A stretch of DNA of 53,879 nt, the filler included, from Stramenopiles sp. TOSAG23-3 (Eukaryota), in the NCBI GenBank assembly GCA_900128585.1. It is 4 parts of 4 records of this genome, joined end to end, with 100 filler letters (N's around TTAATTAATTAA, not from the genome) between each part and the next. Parts side by side here need not be neighbours in the genome. Positions count along the whole stretch, not along the records: positions 24,855 to 49,608 come from LT642299.1; 3 more parts are not named here. One strand, 5' to 3'. The notes beneath the pieces are model-generated. The model saw only the letters and a list, made by a program, of their open reading frames with translations, searched no databases and was not told the origin of the DNA. The stretch's first letter is position 1, and each line of letters starts with the position of its first letter. Made by a program: the position numbers and the translations under genes. Positions 25,082 through 34,073 of this stretch are shown one piece after another.

Positions 25082-25399
25082 TTAGCAGGGGATTTTTGTG
25101 AACATTTCTGCATTTAATTTATCGGCATGACCATCTGGAAGAGAAAATCGTTCCGAATATTTATTCTGAAAACACACTTCACAGCATTTGTAAGGATTCG
25201 ACCAAGGTGTACTGTAGAATATATCACCATACACGTAGTTCTCACAGTCTGGACAGTAGAACACATTATGTTTGGCCGCACAATCGCACGAACAGTAATT
25301 GCCATGTCCGTCGTAGTCGTCGATGTGTGTATTGTCACAATCTGGGATATCGCACGATTGTATGCTAAGAGCTTGAAAATTGTATATTACTCTAGTCAT
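25082..25399 (-). CDS. Small Cys-rich, probably Zn-binding viral protein (105 aa)
   Basis: CxxxxC, CxCxC, CPDC and CCEVC motifs; shares a TATA spacer with the divergent HNH gene. Confidence 0.6.
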   Translation of the reverse strand: MTRVIYNFQALSIQSCDIPDCDNTHIDDYDGHGNYCSCDCAAKHNVFYCPDCENYVYGDIFYSTPWSNPYKCCEVCFQNKYSERFSLPDGHADKLNAEMFTKIPC

Positions 25400-25428
25400 A
25401 GTATATATAAAGTGATTTTCTTATAAAA

Positions 25429-26187
25429 ATGAAGTATTGTACCAAATGCAACCAGAGCAAAGCGCTCACGGAGTTTCAGAAGCGATCCAGATCACGCGAT
25501 GGACTCCAATTTCGATGCAAAGTGTGTGTGAAGGCATATGACAAGAAGTACCGTGAAAACAACCGTAAGTATTGTACCAAATGCAACCAGACCAAAGCGC
25601 TCACGGAGTTTAGCAAGCGATCCGATGCACCCGATGGACTTGACTACCGATGCAAAGTGTGTAAGAAGGCAGCTAACAAGAAGTATCGCAAAAACAACCC
25701 GGAAAAAAAACGTGCAGTGCGAGTGTGCTGGCAAAATAACCGGGAGAAATACAATGCATCAGCATTAAAGAGAAGCAAACGCCCGGAAGTCAAGAAACGA
25801 GTCAATGCACGTTGTAGGGAACGTTACCATACCGATCCACAGTACAAACTTAAGCGTATTTTAAGAGGGCGCTTACACTCAGCACTCAAAGGCAAGAACA
25901 AGAGTGCGGCTACCATGACATTGGTTGGTTGTTCCATTACACACCTGAAGGACCATCTCGAAAAACAGTTCCTACCCGGTATGACATGGGAGAACCATGG
26001 ACCAGTATGGCACGTCGATCATATGATGCCATTCGACTCCTTCGACCTGAGCTATCCCGAACAACAGAGACAATGTTGTCATTACACGAACCTCCAGCCA
26101 TTATGGGGACCGGAAAACATAAGCAAAGGCAATAAAATAATATACAACCGTGTGTGGAATGGGTGTAGATGGATAAATAACGTATAA
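25429..26187 (+). CDS. Free-standing HNH-type endonuclease copy 1 (duplicated N-terminal Zn ribbon)
   Basis: 2x KYCTKCNQ.KALTEF..DGL..RCKVC; C-terminal GMTWENHG..WHVDHMMP..HYTNLQPLW..EN.SK as in giant-virus/phage HNH proteins. Confidence 0.8.
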   Translation: MKYCTKCNQSKALTEFQKRSRSRDGLQFRCKVCVKAYDKKYRENNRKYCTKCNQTKALTEFSKRSDAPDGLDYRCKVCKKAANKKYRKNNPEKKRAVRVCWQNNREKYNASALKRSKRPEVKKRVNARCRERYHTDPQYKLKRILRGRLHSALKGKNKSAATMTLVGCSITHLKDHLEKQFLPGMTWENHGPVWHVDHMMPFDSFDLSYPEQQRQCCHYTNLQPLWGPENISKGNKIIYNRVWNGCRWINNV

Positions 26188-26208
26188 AAGTGATTTTTAA
26201 CTGTTAAA

Positions 26209-29200
26209 ATGATTAAACAAATACATTTCGGAATACTGACCGCGGAAGAAATACGCGAACAGTCGGTTGTACATGTTACTGAAAAGAAGACTTTCCAAGA
26301 TGGTGCGTTTCTGACAAACGGGCTACGAGATAGTCGTCTTAAACTGGCCTTTGGTCACATCGATTTACATACTCCGGTGTATCATATATCGTTCGTGAAC
26401 AACATCGTACAATGGCTTCGTTGTATATGCTACAAATGTGGAAGTACGTTGGTAAAGAACGAACCAACGAACATTCAAAAGAACAAATGGTTGCAATACA
26501 TGGCGAAACACGCACAAAACAAATGTCCGGAATGTCACGAAAAACAGCCAAAGTACAGCTGGAACAAGGACAAGGCACAAATCGAAAAGAGCAAGGTCTT
26601 GTACGATATTGACGATGTTCAAACGCACCTGTGTCAGTTGGACGAATCGTTTCTTTCAAAGGTAGACATGTCCCATCCGAAACATATGATTTTGCGATGT
26701 TTGCCTATTCCGCCAACTAGTGTTCGTCCCGCAATTATGCAGGGCGGAGTAATTCGTGGGGAAGATGATTTAACCTACCGATTGATTCAAATTATGCGCT
26801 CAAACGATAAAGTACAGAAGACCATAATTGACAAACGTCCGGAACACATTATTCACAGTGCAAAAGAAAGCTTACAGAATGCTGTGACGGGCTACATTAA
26901 TCATGCGAAAGTCGGTGGAAAACGTAAAGTTTCAAAACGCGAATACACCAGTCTTACCGCACGTTTAAAAACCAAAGAGGGGCGTATTCGTGGAAATCTG
27001 ATGGGAAAACGGGTGGACTTTACTTCGCGTTCGGTCATTACCGGAGACGATACGTTGGGGATGCATGAGATTGGTATTCCAATTAGTGTGGCAAAGAAGC
27101 TCACTGTACCATTAAAAGTTACTGCATACAACAAAAGTATTATTCAGGATTGGTTGACAAAGAAAGACTCTACGATAAAGTTTGTGATACGACCAAATGG
27201 ATCAAGAGTGGATCTTTCGTTTGTGAATCGTACTAATATTGATGTAGACGTGGGGTGGTCAGTGGAAAGGGAATTAATGGATGGTGATATTGTACTGTTC
27301 AACCGTCAGCCGTCGCTTCATAAAATGTCTATTATGGCCCATGAAGTTAAGATTCTTCCATACAGTACGTTTCGCATGAATTTGAGCTGTACTACACCGT
27401 ACAATGCTGACTGTAAGTATTCTTATTTTTTCCTCTCTTACTCAAACCGAAATTAACATTTTTCATACAGTCGATGGTGATGAGATGAACGTTCACGTTC
27501 CACAGACGTTGGAGGCTCAAGCGGAAGCTCGTAATATTATGGCAGTGCAGTATCAATTGGTATCCCCACAGGCCAATAAGCCGGTAATGGGTGTCATTCA
27601 GGATACGATGGTCGGTGCATATTTATTAAGTGCCAACGACGTATCGTTTACAAAGGAAGAAATGATGCAATGTGTCTTTGCGATAAAGAATTGGGATGGT
27701 ATATTCAACCATCAGAAAAAGTATACTGGGAAAGATTTGATAACCTACGTTCTACCGTACATTCATTACAATAACAAAGGCGTCGTAATTGAGAAAGGTA
27801 AATTTTTAAAAGGTCGATTTACAAAGAAGATACTCGGCCGCGGTGATGGATCTCTGATTCATGTGATGTACAATGAGTTGGGACCGAAGACTACCATTGA
27901 GTTTATCAATCGTTTGCAGTGTATCGTTCATAAATTCTTATCGATACAAGGATTTAGTGTTGGAATAAGCGATATGTTATCCGATGTCAATGTAGAGTCC
28001 GAGATGGAAAAAGCCTTTGATGAAATAAGTCTGGATTCGAACGCTACCGAAGCAAAAATTAACCAGCGATTGAATATATGTAGGGATACTATGGCAACCA
28101 TGGTTCAGACGCCGTTAAACGATAGCAATCGGCTGTACACGATGGTTCATAGTGGTAGTAAGGGTTCCAGCATTAATGTATCTCAAATTATGGCCGTTGT
28201 TGGTCAACAGAATTTATGTGGGAAACGCATTCCAAAAACATGGACCGACCGTACGTTACCGCATTTTGAAAAACATAGCAATGGGCCAAAAGAACGAGGT
28301 TTTATTACGCATTCTTACGTTCAAGGGTTGGAGCCCCACGAGGTCTGGATGCATGCTATATCTGGAAGGGAAGGTTTGATTGATACTGCAATTAAAACGA
28401 GTCAAACCGGTTACATTCAGCGTCGTTTTATGAAGGCATTGGAGAACATAAAGATTCAATGGGACGGTAGTGCAAGAAACGCGGACGGCTCCATCATTCA
28501 ATTTCAATACGGCGACGATGGTTTTGATTCCATGCGAGTATGCAATCAGTACATCGACACATGGGACATGTCCATTGCAACAAAGTATGACCTGATGGAT
28601 GATTATGCCTTTCTCCACGATCTAAACAAATGGAGAGACGATGGTAGCAAAGATACGGGTATGTTTATGTTGCCTGTACCAGTGAAACGTTACATTGACA
28701 ATGCGCTCTTGAACTGTCCAAAACGTAAAAAAATCGGTGTGCGTAAAGTGAAGGAATTGATAGACACTCTGTTAAAAGAAATCGATAACCAGATGTTACA
28801 AATACTTATTCGTGCAAAATTGAACCCGTATCGTGTTGTGAAAGAATTAAAGTTATCGCATGTCGCAATGGACGATGTGTTGGCGCACATACGTTCCGAG
28901 TATGCAATTATAAATGCTATTGCCGGGGAATCGGTAGGTGCGTTGGCCGCTCAAAGTATAGGCGAGCCTGCAACACAAATGACCCTGAACACCTTCCATT
29001 TTGCAGGTGTATCGAGTATGAATGTAACGCTAGGTGTACCACGACTGGAAGAGTTGATCAATTGTACGAAAAGCGATCGTATGAAGACCCCATCGACAAT
29101 TTTACAAACGGACGATGCAGACAAGCTTGTGAAACGATTAAGACATATTCGTTTTGAAGATTTGGTGGAGAAAATGTACATCACACGGTCGCCAAACAAA

Positions 29201-30727
29201 GAAGAAGTAAAATGGTACCATTTATTCCCAGATGAAAATTACCACCCGTATGATCCTAGTAAGGAAACTATTGTGGTTCATTTAAAGGAATGGTATGACA
29301 TGGTGTCGGTAAAAGAATGCTTGAACCAAGTCTATATCGAGTATACGGATGGTCCGCACGCGATTATCCATATACAGCTACCGACTGACGAAGATGTGGG
29401 GATTTACTACGAAAATTATATTCGTAAGCAAACTGTACGTGGAATCGAGCATGCGGAAGAGACAATGAAGGTTAAATTGCCCGGTAAAAGCAAATACCAT
29501 GTTGAAACTTCGCTGTCCAATTTAAAAAAGCTCATCGAATTGGAAGGTGTTGATTTCTCCACCATCAACACGAACGATATCCATATGGTCAAGAATATGT
29601 ATGGTATTGAAGCTGCAAGAGCTTCTCTAATACGTGAAATACGAAAGATATTATCTTACTATGGAATATACGTTAATGTTCGACATATCACACTGGCTGT
29701 CGATTGGATAACTTGGATTGGTGCATTGACCCCACTGACCCGTCATGGTATACGACTGGTAGACACATCGCCTTTAAAACGATCTACCTTTGAAGAAGTG
29801 GTAGAGGTCTTCAATCAGGCTGCATGTGCAAAGGAAATAGACTTACTACAGGGCATTTCCGAATGTATTATAACTGGAACACCGCCTAATTTGGGAACGA
29901 ATGTCGTGGGGACTGTAGTGGACAAGGGTATGATAGAACAGTACAAAGTACCATTCCCAGTAGAGGAATTCAAGGAAATGGTAGCGGAGGACGATTTTGA
30001 CGAAATATATGGGAGTTTGAATGAAGTAGATCCATGGGCAGATGAACGTTCAGCTTGGGAAAAGCCACCAATGCTGCAACCCACACAACCATTGACGTTT
30101 AGTATGCAACCATTACAGTTTTCTCAGCCGACGTTTCAACAATTCCCTTCACAAAATGTTATGTTTCCTCAGGCAACACAAAATGTTATGTTTCCTCAGG
30201 CAACACAAAATGTTATGTTTCCTCAGGCTCAGGCAACACAAAATGTTATGTTTCCTCAGGCACAAACACAAAATGTTATGTTTCCTCAGGCACAAACACA
30301 AAATGTTATGTTTCCTCAGGCACAATTAACGATTAAGCGACCAGTCAGTCCATGTAGTCCGGCGTATTCGCCACATTCACCGACAAGTCCAGCGTATTCA
30401 CCGACAAGTCCAGCGTATTCACCTACGAGTCCAGCATACTCACCACAAACGCCTACAAGTCCGGCATACTCGCCTACAAGTCCGGTGTATTCGCCTACAA
30501 GCCCGGTGTATTCACCTACGAGTCCAGCATACTCCCCACATACACCGACAAGTCCGGCATATTCGCCTACGAGTCCAGCATATTCGCCTACGAGCCCGGC
30601 GTACGACCCTATGGACAATGTATCTGACCCATTTGAACCTCAGAGTCCGGGTTACGATCCTTTTGATCCCGTTTCGGATCCCGTTTTGGCTTCTCCTCAA
30701 AAAAAGCGGCGAAAGACTTACTGTTAA
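26209..30727 (+). CDS. RPB1: Viral DNA-directed RNA polymerase largest subunit (RPB1-like); exons 26209-27412 and 27471-30727, ~1486 aa; with CTD heptads and NLS
   Basis: KEGRIRGNLMGKRVDF, FNRQPSLHKMS, YNAD^FDGDEMN, GREGLIDTAIKTSQTGYIQRR, AQSIGEPATQMTLNTFH, GVPRLEELIN; splicing restores the frame exactly. Confidence 0.95.
27413..27470 (+). other. Spliceosomal GT-AG intron (58 nt, phase 1) inside the Phe codon of NADFDGD
   Basis: GAC T|GTAAGT...TTAAC...TTTTCATACAG|TC GAT GGT GAT; contains an in-frame stop at 27454-27456. Confidence 0.93.
30149..30325 (+). repeat. Coding tandem repeat, 6 x (T/S)QNVMFPQA(Q), in the RPB1 linker
   Basis: Near-identical 27-33 nt units CACAAAATGTTATGTTTCCTCAGGC. 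Confidence 0.95.
30347..30610 (+). repeat. Pol II CTD-like repeats: 10 Tyr-units, YSPTSP(A/V) heptads and three YSPx(S/T)PTSPA decamers
   Basis: Translated sequence; synonymous codons vary between units. Confidence 0.95.
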
Positions 30728-31883
30728 CAATGAATAATGGTATAACAAGATCGGCTACCGCTCCAACGACAATGACACACGCCATGTTGTCAAAATTGTC
30801 TCGTGTGACACCAAACATATTTGCCACCAAACCTCCCAATTCATCCGCAATTACGGCAGATAAATTGGAAACGGACATTAAGAGAGCATAGAAAGTTCCT
30901 TCAAGACCCTCTTCGGCATTGTGTGCAACGATTACAATCAATGGCATCATAATCCACATACCGAACAAGGATTGGCCTATGGTATCGAATACGATTAATA
31001 CCAAGCTAGTGGATAGTTTTGTAACGACTAACAGTTGCACCAACGAGCATGCAACCGCACAGTATATGGATACACGCATTAATTTTAAAGGTGAAACGTT
31101 TAGCAGACAGGTTTTGTATATAAAGGTGGATGCAAGAAACGAGTAGCTTCCAGCTATGGTAATCCATTGAAAATCTTCTGGTGTGTAATTTAATTCTTTC
31201 CGTAAAAAGTATGTGTACAATGGACCATAGTTTGGACCTATACTTATTCCAAATATGGCAAATGCAAGAACCCGTTTTTTATAGACTGCTTTAACTAATT
31301 TTTTACACATGTTGTTTGGTGCTCCGGTCTCATTTTTTGCCAATGTCCAAATGCAGCATCCCATGATTAGACATGGCAAAGCAATGAGTTGAAACGTTGG
31401 TTTGTATCCATACATTTCATAAAAGCTCCCACCCAAAGAGGACCCAATGACACTGCCTAGTGCGCGTGATGACCAACATGTGGATTGCGTTTTTCCCTTT
31501 ACAGATTCTTTTTTGGCAAAGTCTACTGTAATGCAGTCTGCACATACGTCTGCAAAACACATAAAGAAGGATACCATGGTCATCGTAGCTATCATGCTAG
31601 TTTTCGTTCCAATTAGATTCGGTAATGTAACATACATGTAAGCAAGTAGTATACCAGAACAGAAAATATACGGTCTTCGTTTCCCCCAATCTGCAACGTG
31701 GTACTTGTCGGAAATTATTCCAAACAATGGTTTAATGCACCATGGTATTGCGATGACACCGTAACTCATGGTCATCTCAACAGGGGTAAATTTCAAGCTG
31801 TCCATCATTTCAAAGTTCATGGCAATACTTCCAAAGGTCATTGCGAACCCAAAGGTAAAATAACACATATACAATGCTAACAT
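30609..31883 (-). CDS. Folate/biopterin transporter (BT1, MFS)
   Basis: IPWCIKPLFGIISD..KRRPY, ADVCAD, EGLEGTFYALLMSVSN; about 12 hydrophobic segments. Confidence 0.85.
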   Translation of the reverse strand: MLALYMCYFTFGFAMTFGSIAMNFEMMDSLKFTPVEMTMSYGVIAIPWCIKPLFGIISDKYHVADWGKRRPYIFCSGILLAYMYVTLPNLIGTKTSMIATMTMVSFFMCFADVCADCITVDFAKKESVKGKTQSTCWSSRALGSVIGSSLGGSFYEMYGYKPTFQLIALPCLIMGCCIWTLAKNETGAPNNMCKKLVKAVYKKRVLAFAIFGISIGPNYGPLYTYFLRKELNYTPEDFQWITIAGSYSFLASTFIYKTCLLNVSPLKLMRVSIYCAVACSLVQLLVVTKLSTSLVLIVFDTIGQSLFGMWIMMPLIVIVAHNAEEGLEGTFYALLMSVSNLSAVIADELGGLVANMFGVTRDNFDNMACVIVVGAVADLVIPLFIVNSKSFAAFFEEKPKRDPKRDQKDRNPDSEVQMGQIHCP

Positions 31884-31911
31884 TTACATATACTTTACTA
31901 GTATTTATAAC

Positions 31912-33735
31912 TTAAAAATCCATGGGTGGTTGGTTTCCAAATTGGCTTCCAACTTGGTTTCCAAACGCCATACTTCTTCTTCTAAATTTATCCTTCTTTT
32001 TTTTGAATAATTCTTTAAGAACAATGTCGTCTAGGTAATCTTTTTGGTCGTAGACAACTGCCTGTTCAATTAAATTCAATACTTGAAGTTGTGTAGCGGA
32101 AGCTATTGGTTTAACACCGCGCATGCACACGACATCTTGAAATGGATTCCTGACGGTGTATGCGGTGTACCACAAGAAGGCAAATACAAAAACTTCTAAA
32201 AACACAAATGCAAGGTATCGTTCTACCGAATCCTTCAATTCATCCAAGTACATGTATGGCATGAGCAATGCGTACGCCATGAGCAGAGAGAACCGAAAAA
32301 GATGTACAATGGTAGGTTCACTGTACGATTTAATAGAAGACATGGATCCCCACGATGCATAGATGGAGTCCCATTTTGCATATATTTCACTTCTTACAGC
32401 TGCTCCTTCATCTTCTCCAAACCCAAGTTTACTCTCTGCTATTTTAGACAATTCATCGACCAGCACAGTCATTACCGTTTCAAACAAATCAAATTGCGAA
32501 TTGTTTTGAACGAGAGAAATCTTATTGTACAACGATATGTCCGTCTCATTTGGAATATGTTCCCTTAGTTTATTCGCCCATTTTTGATAATCTCCCATGA
32601 GCTCACTCTGTTTTGTTTTAGGTTTATCGCACCAACCTTTTTCCCATGCTTGTCGCTCGTCCCATTTCATAAGGCATCTCATTTTTTCTTGGTTCCCGGG
32701 TTCTGGGGCATCATGTAGGTTTGTTATTTCTTCCCATTTTTTCCATTCGGACCAATATATTTTTACCCGTTTGTGTCGTTCACCAAACACAGGATTAAAC
32801 AACCCCCGGAACCACCAATTGCAGTTGCACCCATAACGTTCCGAATATAAATCACCCCAGTAACCACACAACCACCGTTTGTTGCATGGGCACATTTTAA
32901 AGGGAAAAAAGTTCTTTTCCCACTTTTTGTATACTTGGTAGTTTTTGTAAGTTTCCAATTCGTCCCGTGTTGCAACGGTTTCTTTCTTACAAAAAATATG
33001 ATTGATACACCCCTTTTTTAATCGTTGGCCTCGTAATACTACTCTAGCTACCGGTGCAATGACCCCTAATAATTTCCGTACTCTTTCAAACATGAAGCGT
33101 ACATCGTTTTTAAAGACCAACTTCTCGTCCTTTGCTAATTCGTATTTTTCTTTGTCTACGGACATGTGTACTAAAAACATTGCCAAGGCTTTTACGTCGC
33201 CTGACAATGCTTCAAACAAACGAATTTCCTCTTTGTATTTCGCTATACCGCTTCCTAACGTCATCGTTAGCATAAACACCATAACGGCTTGAATGGTAGA
33301 GTATACTTTCTTCATGTACTCCAAGTCTGGGTCGGATGTGTAACAGGACTGTTGTAATCCGTCTACGGATGCGTTTGAGATTAATTTGACGCCTTGTTTC
33401 ACGTACCCTATTTTTCCTTTGACGGGTTCATAAATGTAAAAACTAGAACCACAATTGTCTACCCTAGCGATGAAAGTAGCGGTACCCATAGCGGTCAGAA
33501 GAATGATCCAACATGCCACTTTTGGGTGCAAGAGATATGCAAACCATCGAATAACACAGTCTCCCGTCGCGTTACGTGTCGGTTCCGGGAATCGCAAAAT
33601 CTCTACGGTACATTCCCTATCGCATTCTTTAAGCAAACGTGCTGTCTCCGTCCCTCTACTTTTGCCTCGGTTATCGTTACGCTGTATTGGTGCATACCTA
33701 CCACTGTTGATGGATCCTCTTCTTCTTTTGTTCAT
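31912..33735 (-). CDS. Bestrophin-like (YneE/VCCN-type) membrane channel candidate with a large Trp/Cys-rich insertion
   Basis: TM-VFMLTMTLGSGIAKYKEEIRLFEAL (cf. LxFRTNxAYxRWxEAR), EP..HLFR..LLMAYALLMP, TM followed by RNPF. Confidence 0.5.
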   Translation of the reverse strand: MNKRRRGSINSGRYAPIQRNDNRGKSRGTETARLLKECDRECTVEILRFPEPTRNATGDCVIRWFAYLLHPKVACWIILLTAMGTATFIARVDNCGSSFYIYEPVKGKIGYVKQGVKLISNASVDGLQQSCYTSDPDLEYMKKVYSTIQAVMVFMLTMTLGSGIAKYKEEIRLFEALSGDVKALAMFLVHMSVDKEKYELAKDEKLVFKNDVRFMFERVRKLLGVIAPVARVVLRGQRLKKGCINHIFCKKETVATRDELETYKNYQVYKKWEKNFFPFKMCPCNKRWLCGYWGDLYSERYGCNCNWWFRGLFNPVFGERHKRVKIYWSEWKKWEEITNLHDAPEPGNQEKMRCLMKWDERQAWEKGWCDKPKTKQSELMGDYQKWANKLREHIPNETDISLYNKISLVQNNSQFDLFETVMTVLVDELSKIAESKLGFGEDEGAAVRSEIYAKWDSIYASWGSMSSIKSYSEPTIVHLFRFSLLMAYALLMPYMYLDELKDSVERYLAFVFLEVFVFAFLWYTAYTVRNPFQDVVCMRGVKPIASATQLQVLNLIEQAVVYDQKDYLDDIVLKELFKKKKDKFRRRSMAFGNQVGSQFGNQPPMDF

Positions 33736-33762
33736 TTGTATGATATGATGTAGACCTATATA

Positions 33763-34032
33763 CTAAGAATAGCCAATTTTGTCAATAATTTGTTGACCAA
33801 GTTCCATTGCCCTGCATGTATCGGTTTGTGTGGCTTTGTCTTTTGACAATCGGTCTACTGCCATGTACAGTACACTATGGTTGATGAAGCCTAGATACGG
33901 ATTGAGCGGTGGAAGTATAACTTTGTTTGCCTGTTCCATGGCAATTGTCTTTTGTGTCGTTTTTGTTTTATAATGTAAATATCCTAAGAATGGGAAATGA
34001 TTCCACGCGGTTACGTTAATTCTGTCGTCCAT
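33763..34032 (-). CDS. Hypothetical viral protein (89 aa)
   Basis: Fills the space between co-oriented genes; upstream TATATAAATA. Confidence 0.6.
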   Translation of the reverse strand: MDDRINVTAWNHFPFLGYLHYKTKTTQKTIAMEQANKVILPPLNPYLGFINHSVLYMAVDRLSKDKATQTDTCRAMELGQQIIDKIGYS

Positions 34033-34073
34033 GTATAACTTTGTTATTTGAATAGATATATTTATATATGTAT

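Noticed and set aside
27413-27470. Group I/II intron or intein in RPB1
   Set aside because: Only 58 nt, has GT-AG ends with branch and pyrimidine signals, and shifts the frame
30149-30325. CRISPR-like array
   Set aside because: Head-to-tail in-frame coding repeats with no unique spacers; no cas genes
30316-30618. ORF with GEYAGLV repeats
   Set aside because: Antisense shadow of the CTD repeats
26209-30727. Reading this as two genes, a frameshifted pseudogene, or the host Pol II RPB1
   Set aside because: A canonical intron restores the frame precisely; the divergence, missing Zn site and viral gene neighbourhood argue against the cellular gene
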